Sequence record: PP430345
Length of the DNA stretch: 64,000 bases
Origin: Escherichia phage vB_EcoM-LTH01
Reading direction: 5' to 3' (one strand)
Shown here piece after piece: positions 1 to 7,356 of the stretch. The notes beneath the pieces are model-generated. The model was not told the DNA's origin, did not search any database, and worked only from the letters and a program-made list of their open reading frames with translations. Position 1 is the stretch's first letter. Every line of letters starts with the position of its first letter. The translations under genes were made by a program, and so were the position numbers.

Positions 1-2
1 GA

Positions 3-164
3 TCAACGTCCTACATGAAGGCAGAGCACATTATTCGTATTCTTCCACTCGACCAGTTCGATGAAGAAGAAAAGAAAAAGGATAAACTTGTTTCCGATTA
101 TCGTGAAAAAGAACTTAAATTAAGACTTGACTTGTTGGAACAAGCTGGTGTAGACTATATCTAA
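3..164 (+). CDS. 3' end of a hypothetical protein (start lies upstream of the window)
   Basis: Frame is open from the window edge to TAA 162-164 (..LRLDLLEQAGVDYI*). Co-directional with the following gene train. Confidence 0.4.
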   Translation, partial: STSYMKAEHIIRILPLDQFDEEEKKKDKLVSDYREKELKLRLDLLEQAGVDYI

Positions 165-187
165 CTTGAAACGAAGAGGATAATATA

Positions 188-454
188 ATGTCAGAAAAAA
201 CTTTAGTTGGTATTGAAAAAGCTTTCATCGAATCTTTTGATGGGTGGGATGAAATTGATTGTGGGGTGATGTATTTTTACGACGTTGTGTTAAAAGAAGA
301 ATATAAGCATCTCGTACCAGAAGGAACTGCCTCTGTAGGTATGGCTGTTAGTTCGACTGAGAGCTATGTCCAATTTAATTTCTTCGACAAGGACGACAAA
401 GCTACAACAAAAGCTTTCGAGATTAATCTTACTTTAGGTAAAGAAAAGTTATAG
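188..454 (+). CDS. hypothetical protein (88 aa)
   Basis: ORF track. GAGGA SD upstream of the ATG. No recognisable motif. Confidence 0.6.
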   Translation: MSEKTLVGIEKAFIESFDGWDEIDCGVMYFYDVVLKEEYKHLVPEGTASVGMAVSSTESYVQFNFFDKDDKATTKAFEINLTLGKEKL

Positions 455-475
455 ACTACCGAGGGGAATAAATAA

Positions 476-733
476 ATGAAATTTTACTCAGCAAAACATA
501 AATTTAGCGGTGAATTTGTTTCATTTTGGCAGACTGCCGACGATGATGGTTTTGTACATACAAAATTAAGTCTTTCTAATAACGAAAGGGACACACCTTT
601 TGTGACCTCGTTAGAACAGGTAGCCAAACTGATCAAAGGTAATCTTAACAATGATTGGTCTATTATTGTATACGATGAGCTTAAGGAAGCTGTTGAAAAT
701 TCAATGCTTGAAATCGTAGTAATTGATATCTGA
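476..733 (+). CDS. hypothetical protein (85 aa)
   Basis: ORF track. GAGGGG SD upstream. Confidence 0.6.
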   Translation: MKFYSAKHKFSGEFVSFWQTADDDGFVHTKLSLSNNERDTPFVTSLEQVAKLIKGNLNNDWSIIVYDELKEAVENSMLEIVVIDI

Positions 734-915
734 TGAAAGTCAAAATCTTAGAATCAAAGACCAAACTGCTTGAGCAACTTAAGTATTACGGTGTCCAAAA
801 AGATTCAATTCTTTTCGTGACAAAAGAAAGCGCGTCTGGTACTATTATTGCGAATAAGGGCAAGGGCTATCAATTTATGCTCTTGAAAGATGAATACGAA
901 ATAGTTGAAGAATAG
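733..915 (+). CDS. hypothetical protein (60 aa)
   Basis: ATGA stop/start overlap with the upstream ORF suggests translational coupling. Confidence 0.55.
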   Translation: MKVKILESKTKLLEQLKYYGVQKDSILFVTKESASGTIIANKGKGYQFMLLKDEYEIVEE

Positions 916-923
916 GAGTCACC

Positions 924-1160
924 ATGTGGCCTTTTAAAAAGAAAGAAACTGAAGAAAACAAACCAAGTTGTAAACATGATTTTGTCATTACTCAATGTAA
1001 TCAAGTTACAAAGGTAATGTCTCGCTTCTACGATACAGAAGAGATCAAGACAACAGTTGTGTCACGTATTTGTCGGCAATGCCTTGTACAAGAGGCTCAC
1101 ACTGTTCCAGGTCACATTGATTATTCTAAAGCTTTAAATATTTTTGGAGGTACTCGATGA
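924..1160 (+). CDS. hypothetical Cys-containing protein (78 aa), possible zinc ribbon
   Basis: AGGAG SD. Cysteine pairs at CKH..C and CRQC. Confidence 0.55.
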   Translation: MWPFKKKETEENKPSCKHDFVITQCNQVTKVMSRFYDTEEIKTTVVSRICRQCLVQEAHTVPGHIDYSKALNIFGGTR

Positions 1161-1543
1161 GTTTATCAAAAAATAGAAAAGAGTTTAATGAATTTATTGA
1201 CAGCTTGGCAGGAAAGCCTTATATTAATGCCATCGTCTCTAAATATCCTTTGGCGCATCTGACCTTTGTTCCAGAAAAGCGATTGTACCAACTGGAAGAG
1301 GATGAAGTATTTTGCTGTACGTGCGGTTGTGGTGAGGTAAAACCTATTATGGTCCCTTACCCAACATTGAGTGTTGTATCACATACCGACGGACTGGAGG
1401 AGGCAGTAATCCACGGTTTTTGGGTATCACCTTGTAAACAAAAAAGTTCTTTTGATGATGAAGGTATTGTTGAATACTATGACATTGAAGTATTCAATGA
1501 TAAAACTGGTGAAATTGTTAAAGTGGAGATCAATTACGAATGA
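1157..1543 (+). CDS. hypothetical protein (128 aa)
   Basis: ATGA overlap with the upstream ORF. Contains a CCTCGCG cysteine cluster. Confidence 0.6.
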   Translation: MSLSKNRKEFNEFIDSLAGKPYINAIVSKYPLAHLTFVPEKRLYQLEEDEVFCCTCGCGEVKPIMVPYPTLSVVSHTDGLEEAVIHGFWVSPCKQKSSFDDEGIVEYYDIEVFNDKTGEIVKVEINYE

Positions 1544-1857
1544 AAATTGTATGGGGTTTTACTAAAATAATCTTTATGATCCTGTGCCTTGCTGTACTAA
1601 ACCCACATCGTTTACTGCTGGCCTTGATTCACCTTTTAGCTGCAATATTTAGTTTTATCGCTTGGCGACTAGAAGACCTCGCGGGCTTTATGGGGAAGTG
1701 CGTTAAGAAAGGCATGAAGAAATTCTGGCTTTTTGGTGAGAAGTTATTATCTGAGCCTTTACATAAGGAAATCGAAAAGCTGGATATTATTTTGAAGGCC
1801 GCAGAAAAGAAACTCAATCCGAATAATGTTGACAAGGAAAAGGATGATGGTGTATAA
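1540..1857 (+). CDS. small membrane protein (105 aa, 2 TM)
   Basis: ATGA overlap. Hydrophobic helices IIFMILCLAVL and LLALIHLLAAIFSFIAW are followed by a Lys/Glu-rich tail. Confidence 0.55.
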   Translation: MKIVWGFTKIIFMILCLAVLNPHRLLLALIHLLAAIFSFIAWRLEDLAGFMGKCVKKGMKKFWLFGEKLLSEPLHKEIEKLDIILKAAEKKLNPNNVDKEKDDGV

Positions 1858-2050
1858 AGTATTCTGCGAATGGGATATTGGTCAAGAAGGTATTGCATTT
1901 GTTTCAGAAAAGGCAGCACTCAATTGGATAGAGGGTCAAAAAGATATTCTTCTGTCTGACATTGATGAGACTATAAAAAGTCTTATGAAGCAACGTCTTT
2001 TAGTTATTGAGCCACTAATTGTTATTGATGAAAAAGGAGAAAGAGTATGA
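1844..2050 (+). CDS. hypothetical protein (68 aa)
   Basis: Track ORF is 1826..2050. ATG 1844 follows AAGGAAAAGG and is the better-placed start. Confidence 0.5.
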   Translation: MMVYKVFCEWDIGQEGIAFVSEKAALNWIEGQKDILLSDIDETIKSLMKQRLLVIEPLIVIDEKGERV

Positions 2051-2655
2051 TCAAGAAGTTTGTTGCTTGGGTAAAATCGCTGTTTATTCCTCTGGAAGTA
2101 GAAACTGCGGCGATCGACAAGTATATTGCAAAGCAGGCCGAACAGCGTAAGGAGACTGAAAGCGTTAAATTCGGCCCAGTTGAAACACGCGATCTGGAAG
2201 AACCATTAAAAGAAAATGAGGTATTGGTTGGGGTAAACATCAAAGATAAGACGATGAAGGTTGTTGATATCTCTGTTGAACGACCAAAATCACAGGCTAC
2301 GCCGCCGAAACCGTTGGATGAACAACTGAAGGGTGTTGAATTACCGTCCTATGCTCAAGGTAAGAAATTACCACCGAAGGCAAAGCGACAGTATATTGAT
2401 CAGGCCCGTCGGGCAGCACCACGTAAGATGAGCGACTCTCCAAATGGGTATGGAACTAGCCAGGTTGATCCTCAGGTGGCAGCTTTAGGTGGTGTGGCAA
2501 CGTATACTGCTGTAATGTCCTCCAGTGAAGATCGTACAAGTAGTTCAAGTTCTCACTGTTCTTCAAGTCGGTCAAGTTCGTATGATAGCTCATCATCGTA
2601 TGATAGTTATTCTTCTGATAGTAGCAGCAGTAGTTCTTCAAGCAGTTGTGATTGA
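2047..2655 (+). CDS. hypothetical protein with poly-Ser C-terminus (202 aa)
   Basis: ATGA overlap. The last ~45 residues are almost pure Ser (SSSSHCSSSRSSSYDSSSSYDSYSSDSSSSSSSSSCD). Confidence 0.6.
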   Translation: MIKKFVAWVKSLFIPLEVETAAIDKYIAKQAEQRKETESVKFGPVETRDLEEPLKENEVLVGVNIKDKTMKVVDISVERPKSQATPPKPLDEQLKGVELPSYAQGKKLPPKAKRQYIDQARRAAPRKMSDSPNGYGTSQVDPQVAALGGVATYTAVMSSSEDRTSSSSSHCSSSRSSSYDSSSSYDSYSSDSSSSSSSSSCD

Positions 2656-2664
2656 TATTTAAGA

Positions 2665-2684
2665 GAGGGGCCGAAAGGCTCCTC
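2665..2684 (+). terminator. stable hairpin with GAAA tetraloop after the Ser-rich gene
   Basis: GAGGGGCC-GAAA-GGCTCCTC forms 8 bp including one G.U. There is no immediate U-run, so it may be a stability or processing element rather than a terminator. Confidence 0.4.
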
Positions 2685-2722
2685 ACATCGGGAGTAAGAG
2701 TTTTAATTAGAGGAGTGATGAA

Positions 2723-3124
2723 ATGCGTAAAGTATACCCTAAGAAGCCAAATGCCACTAAAACCCCACGCTACGGTTCTGAAGAATGTCCGCGAATCACG
2801 GATGAAGAATCTCGTATCGTTAAGGAAAATTTTGCAGAAATATTTTTGTTTGGTCCCACTAATAATGATCCGTACACTCTGTTGGCTGAACGTTTAGGCT
2901 CAGATCGCAATCGAGCAAAAACTGTATACTATGCTTGGGTTTATCGACAGAAAGGTCATTATTTTCGTCATGTTACTCGGGAGCGTCAAGTTCGTTCACG
3001 TTTAGTCTGTCGTATCAAAAAGTACACAGAATTCTTAAACAATCCAGAAACTATCTATCAGATTATGTGTCGTGCAGAAGATGAGGTTGACGAACTGATT
3101 GCTAAGGGGACTATCAAACAATGA
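2723..3124 (+). CDS. hypothetical basic protein (133 aa)
   Basis: ORF track. AGAGGAG SD upstream. Confidence 0.6.
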   Translation: MRKVYPKKPNATKTPRYGSEECPRITDEESRIVKENFAEIFLFGPTNNDPYTLLAERLGSDRNRAKTVYYAWVYRQKGHYFRHVTRERQVRSRLVCRIKKYTEFLNNPETIYQIMCRAEDEVDELIAKGTIKQ

Positions 3125-3276
3125 TGATTTCTCCAGAGATTTTTGTAACGTTTTTCATTATGGTTTCTCTTGCAGGATCAAGGTTTTTACCTTTCAACGT
3201 ACTAAGTGCGACATGGTTCATACTTGGGACAATATTTGCAGTAGAGACTACAAAATATTTTGGAGGTAGCTATTGA
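3121..3276 (+). CDS. small hydrophobic protein (51 aa)
   Basis: Absent from the track because it is under 60 aa. ATG 3121 overlaps the upstream TGA. Product MMISPEIFVTFFIMVSLAGSRF..WFILGTIFAV.. looks like 2 TM helices. Confidence 0.35.
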   Translation: MMISPEIFVTFFIMVSLAGSRFLPFNVLSATWFILGTIFAVETTKYFGGSY

Positions 3277-3572
3277 AAAGGTTAATCATTTTATGTATAC
3301 TTCTTCTTGTTGGTTGCGGAGAGGGTGAAGATGAGCAGACAAAGCGATACAAAAATCTACCTTCTCTGATGCCAACAGAGGTTAAGGAGTTACACGAATT
3401 TTGCAAGAAGCAACACAATTATTACAACAGTTATGCGGTTGTTGTTGATGGTGAAGCAAAATCTGTAATTTGCAAGTTCAAAGATAGTGAACGTGAAAAA
3501 GGTATCTCCTCAGGTTATACGTGGGATGCTCAAAGTTTAAGAGATAAAATGAAGGGGGTTAAAAATGAGTAA
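3273..3572 (+). CDS. lipoprotein (99 aa)
   Basis: TTG start. Signal peptide with lipobox MKRLIILCILLLVG|C. Confidence 0.6.
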   Translation: MKRLIILCILLLVGCGEGEDEQTKRYKNLPSLMPTEVKELHEFCKKQHNYYNSYAVVVDGEAKSVICKFKDSEREKGISSGYTWDAQSLRDKMKGVKNE

Positions 3573-3753
3573 TGATCTTAGTTCACATGCGGTAATGGGA
3601 CCTGGTGGTGCACTGATCGGGATCGCAATCACAAAAGGTATTGCAAATGAAATTATCATGGAGTTTCAAAAGAAAGGTCGAACGGGTTACTATGCAACCC
3701 CTGTAGAAAGTTGGATGTTAGATTACTTTAAAGACGATACCGAGGAGGCTTAA
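3565..3753 (+). CDS. hypothetical protein (62 aa)
   Basis: ORF track. Overlaps the upstream stop. Confidence 0.5.
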   Translation: MSNDLSSHAVMGPGGALIGIAITKGIANEIIMEFQKKGRTGYYATPVESWMLDYFKDDTEEA

Positions 3754-4340
3754 TGGAATACATTAGTTGGTTGTTTATCTTATCTGCGTGGGTTATCTTT
3801 GCTATCTGGTTAGCCCCTGTGATCATCGCTTTCCGTCGTAATCACAAGAACAAGGTTGTAATTTTAGCTTTGTCATTCTTTACTTCAATGATCCCTTACC
3901 CGCTTGCATTGTTTGCTTGTTGGATAGTTCTGTTGGCTTGGTCATTGTATAAAGTTTCAGTGGTCAATGATGGCTCAAAGTCTGCATATTTAGATTCTAA
4001 GTATCTTGAGTATGCAAAAGGACCGCAAGGTTTACCTGGTCCAATGGGTCCCCGTGGAGAGTCTGCTTATGAAACATACCTGAGAATTCTTCGTAAAGAA
4101 GATCCTAGCGCTATCCCACTAAATGAGAAGGATTGGCTGGATAGTTTAAAAGGGTTGGATGGTGACAAAGGTGATCGAGGGCCATCTGCATACGATCTGT
4201 ATTGCTTATCTGTATGGTCCAAAGGTGATGGTAAAGTACCTCTGTCTTTAGATGAGTGGCTAGAATCTCTCCGTGGTAAAGATGCAGACGAATTACCTTT
4301 ATCTAAAAAAGGTGTCGTTAGTCCACCAAAACGTCCTTGA
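3753..4340 (+). CDS. membrane protein: superinfection-immunity-like TM domain fused to collagen/tail-fibre repeats (195 aa)
   Basis: N-terminus WLAPVIIAFRRNHKNKVVILALSFF..WIVLLAWSL resembles the Imm_superinfect TM motif. C-terminus has a GPQGLPGPMGPRGE G-X-Y run and two 'SAY....W(L)(D/E)SL(K/R)G' tail-fibre repeats. Confidence 0.6.
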   Translation: MEYISWLFILSAWVIFAIWLAPVIIAFRRNHKNKVVILALSFFTSMIPYPLALFACWIVLLAWSLYKVSVVNDGSKSAYLDSKYLEYAKGPQGLPGPMGPRGESAYETYLRILRKEDPSAIPLNEKDWLDSLKGLDGDKGDRGPSAYDLYCLSVWSKGDGKVPLSLDEWLESLRGKDADELPLSKKGVVSPPKRP

Positions 4341-4373
4341 CAGAAAGTTAAGTGTGGGGCATAATGGCCCCAC
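4337..4373 (+). promoter_or_regulatory. sigma70-type promoter with embedded GGGG/CCCC stem-loop (PeSL-like)
   Basis: TTGACA (4337-4342, overlapping the upstream TGA stop), 17-nt spacer, CATAAT (4360-4365). Hairpin GTGGGGC-ATAATG-GCCCCAC spans 4354-4373. Confidence 0.55.
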
Positions 4374-4394
4374 TTAAACAACAGAGGAAAGAAG

Positions 4395-4775
4395 ATGAGT
4401 ATTTTTGACGGTAAAGATTATTTGGTTGCTGATTGGATTCCTATCTCTGCGACACGTAACATTCACATTTACGATGGTGTTAAGAATTTGAATACGACGA
4501 TCATCTACACAAACAGTGAAGAAGACCGTGAAATGCAAATCATGAGTGTCTTCGGTATTGATGATGAGAATAAGATTGAAAAAGGTCGTGCTCGTATTGG
4601 TATCGACATTTTCGACCTGTCTGGTGACCAAAGTGCAGATCCCGTAAACATTGACCGTTCTCGTGTGTTTGCTCACAAAGAAGAACAATTTACGGAAGAA
4701 CTTATTAAAGACTTGCAGATGATCAACACTTTGTTTGATAATGTTCATGAAAAAGTTAAGCGAGTTTATCTCTAA
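4395..4775 (+). CDS. hypothetical protein (126 aa)
   Basis: ORF track. GAGGAAAGAAG SD upstream. Confidence 0.6.
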   Translation: MSIFDGKDYLVADWIPISATRNIHIYDGVKNLNTTIIYTNSEEDREMQIMSVFGIDDENKIEKGRARIGIDIFDLSGDQSADPVNIDRSRVFAHKEEQFTEELIKDLQMINTLFDNVHEKVKRVYL

Positions 4776-4782
4776 AAGTTGT

Positions 4783-4811
4783 TTGCAATTCAAATAAGTT
4801 AGTTGTAATAT
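4783..4811 (+). promoter_or_regulatory. sigma70-type promoter upstream of ssb
   Basis: TTGCAA (4783-4788), 17-nt spacer, TAATAT (4806-4811). A strong SD AAAGGAG lies before ATG 4859. Confidence 0.55.
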
Positions 4812-4858
4812 AGTTTCTCGGCCTTAAGTGGTGTGTTCAATAGTTAAAGGAGATTTAA

Positions 4859-6034
4859 ATGTCTGAAGTTAAAGTTATCAATGCTGTATACGATGCTGTT
4901 TCCGATACCACAGTAAACATTGCAGCAGGTACGATTGAACGTATCCTCATTAAACGTATTAATGAAGATGGTAGTCCACGCGTTACCACCTTTAAAGATA
5001 AGAATACAGGTCAGCAAAAAAGCATTAACAATACCCACCGCTATGCAGTTCTTCTGAAAGAAGGTGAAGACCAGGCTTGGATTTCTTTTGGTGAAGGTGA
5101 AGTTAAAAACCTGAAGTATGAGAATCAGTTCCAGATTAAAAATCCTGAAGGTGGTTACACTGATCTTAAAGAAGGTATGAAAATTCGCTTACCTGTTGTT
5201 ATCAAGACCTACACCAAACAAGATGGTAGTCAGGGTTCTTCTACGGAAGGTAAGAAAGCACGTATCAAGATTACTGACGCATCCGGTGCTCGTGAGCCTC
5301 GTCAGCAACAGCAGCAATCAAGTGGTTCCCAACAGCAGCAAAAGCCGTCTGGTGGTGCAGCTAAGAAGATTTATGGTGATATCACATCTATCGAAGGCAA
5401 TAAGGTAGTTGTTAAGCTGGAAGACGGCACAGAAGTTACTGTAAACCTCACTGATGAACAGACGGGTCAGATTACAGAAGGTGGTCGTATTGCAGGTGTT
5501 CGTTCAGATGATGGTACGGTTACAAGCTTTAAAGCTTACGGTCCAAAAGGTGCAAATACTGGAACAGGATCACGTTCAGGTAAAGGTAAAGACGATCTGC
5601 CTATTCGTTTAGGTAATGCACTGTCTATCACAGATGCGATGTTCCCGAATGAAACGATCGCAAATCAGGGTATTGTTGTAGAGCAAGTTCTTGCAGCGAT
5701 GGACTCCATTAAAGCAAAACTTCGCGAAGAGTTTAAATCTATGGATGATTATTCTTTTGGTGCTCGTTTAGGCCAGTGTGGTATTCTTTCTGCCCGTTGG
5801 GGAAGTAATAACATTGAAACGTTTATTGCTAAAACAGAAGAGAATTTCCGATTTATCTGTCAGTTGGAAGATAAGATCCGTAACGGGGCTTCAACCCCTA
5901 AGCAAGAAGAAAAGAAATCTGAGCCGGAACCGCAGTTAACTCCGTCAGCAGAAGATTCACCTACACCTGATATCGAAGGCCATGTGAATATGTCTGTAGA
6001 TGATATGGATTTTGACGACGATATTCCGTTTTGA
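4859..6034 (+). CDS. ssb: single-stranded DNA-binding protein (391 aa)
   Basis: C-terminus ..DDMDFDDDIPF is identical to the E. coli SSB acidic tip. Has a Gln/Gly/Ser-rich linker (QQQQQSSGSQQQQKPSGG), a strong SD and biased codons. Confidence 0.8.
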   Translation: MSEVKVINAVYDAVSDTTVNIAAGTIERILIKRINEDGSPRVTTFKDKNTGQQKSINNTHRYAVLLKEGEDQAWISFGEGEVKNLKYENQFQIKNPEGGYTDLKEGMKIRLPVVIKTYTKQDGSQGSSTEGKKARIKITDASGAREPRQQQQQSSGSQQQQKPSGGAAKKIYGDITSIEGNKVVVKLEDGTEVTVNLTDEQTGQITEGGRIAGVRSDDGTVTSFKAYGPKGANTGTGSRSGKGKDDLPIRLGNALSITDAMFPNETIANQGIVVEQVLAAMDSIKAKLREEFKSMDDYSFGARLGQCGILSARWGSNNIETFIAKTEENFRFICQLEDKIRNGASTPKQEEKKSEPEPQLTPSAEDSPTPDIEGHVNMSVDDMDFDDDIPF

Positions 6035-6054
6035 TCGTAAAATTTAGATAAAAA

Positions 6055-6082
6055 TAAAGGCGCTCATTTGAGCGCCTTTTCT
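6055..6082. terminator. bidirectional rho-independent terminator at the convergence point
   Basis: GGCGCTC-ATTT-GAGCGCC (7 bp) is flanked by an A-run upstream and a T-run downstream. Sits between ssb (+) and the 411-aa gene (-). Confidence 0.7.
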
Positions 6083-7318
6083 TTATGCTGGAATAACTAT
6101 ACCTTCCAAGTTAAACTTCTGAGCTATCGTATTAGAGGCCGTAAAGTCAGCAGGGTACATAGCCCCTGTGTAACCTCTCCCTGTCCAGTAAAGATTACCA
6201 TTGCCACTAACAATTACTTTAAAAGTGTCAGCCAATGAGCCAGTCATATGGAGAATGCCGCCATCATCTATAATATCTTGATGTATGCTTTCAAAAGATG
6301 TTGCGTTGGTGGTTATAGGAAGATCTCTAAATAAGGAGTATGTGTATCCACCTTGTCCACCTGTCGATTGATAAACTCCATTAACCCTGTCAGAGATGAA
6401 TACTTGCAGTGCTGCCCTAGTGCTCACACTTGCGTTTGTATAACTGATCTGGTTAGTTAGGTAAACTTCAACTCCAGCAGGAATGCTTGCCATAGGTGCT
6501 AAATTAGGACCGAGGACGTTGGTTGAGTTTATCCCTGCTCTTGCTGCCGATCCAACTGCATCCCATGACCCATCTTCCCTCTGTGCAACAATAAGTATAA
6601 TAGATTGAGCACCTGAACCGCCAGCCGTGTTAGCCACTTGACCACGAGCACATTTTGCCCTAATATATCTTACAGAAGGGTCCCCAATAGTTGTCCAAGT
6701 TGATAATATTGTTCCGGCAGAAGTACCTGCTACTTGATCTACACCATTGTCGCCTCGGTATTTTAAAGTCCCATCAACCTCGACACGAATAGCATTATAG
6801 TTTGCAAAATACAGATATTTTGTTTTTTCACCCCAAGCTATTTGGGGTCCGTCTGGAAGAAGTCTATAAACAGTGCCGTCAGGTTGGATCGCATATGATC
6901 TAGCTATTTGTATTGCGGAAGATAAGATATTTACGCCGTCAACAATGTATGCAGATTCAGGCAAGACGTTCCAACTGTTTTGGAGAGTTGTGTCAACAGC
7001 GGGGAAGATTACGGCAGAGATATATTCATAGTGGTTATTATTTTTCTTAACCCATACACCGCCGTACAGTGTACTGTCTGTGCCTGCCTCATAAACTTCT
7101 TCGACACCCGTGTTAGTGAGTGTCCATCCAGAAGTTGCATTATTTGTGGTCCCTGTTTTACCAAGCCCGTTTAAATAATTAGATCCGGTTACATACAGAT
7201 GCCCATTAGTAAGCAAAATAAAAATATTTCCTGTACTGGTGCTTACGGCATATTTGATTGTAACGCCTACAGGCAGCGGAACACCGCCGCCGAAGTTAAT
7301 AATTGGAAAAGGGATCAT
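6083..7318 (-). CDS. putative distal tail-fibre / receptor-binding protein (411 aa)
   Basis: Immediately downstream of the 1077-aa fibre gene, with an AGGAGG SD. Gly/Thr/Asn-rich with recurring 'LY.TG..Y..G.G' strands suggesting a beta-propeller-like fold (inference). Confidence 0.5.
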   Translation of the reverse strand: MIPFPIINFGGGVPLPVGVTIKYAVSTSTGNIFILLTNGHLYVTGSNYLNGLGKTGTTNNATSGWTLTNTGVEEVYEAGTDSTLYGGVWVKKNNNHYEYISAVIFPAVDTTLQNSWNVLPESAYIVDGVNILSSAIQIARSYAIQPDGTVYRLLPDGPQIAWGEKTKYLYFANYNAIRVEVDGTLKYRGDNGVDQVAGTSAGTILSTWTTIGDPSVRYIRAKCARGQVANTAGGSGAQSIILIVAQREDGSWDAVGSAARAGINSTNVLGPNLAPMASIPAGVEVYLTNQISYTNASVSTRAALQVFISDRVNGVYQSTGGQGGYTYSLFRDLPITTNATSFESIHQDIIDDGGILHMTGSLADTFKVIVSGNGNLYWTGRGYTGAMYPADFTASNTIAQKFNLEGIVIPA

Positions 7319-7330
7319 TTATCCTCCTAA

Positions 7331-7353
7331 AAAGAAAAGGCCCCGAAGGGCCT
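7331..7353 (-). terminator. rho-independent terminator (UUCG tetraloop)
   Basis: Minus strand reads AGGCCC-TTCG-GGGCCT followed by TTTTCTTTTT. Confidence 0.7.
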
Positions 7354-7356
7354 CTA

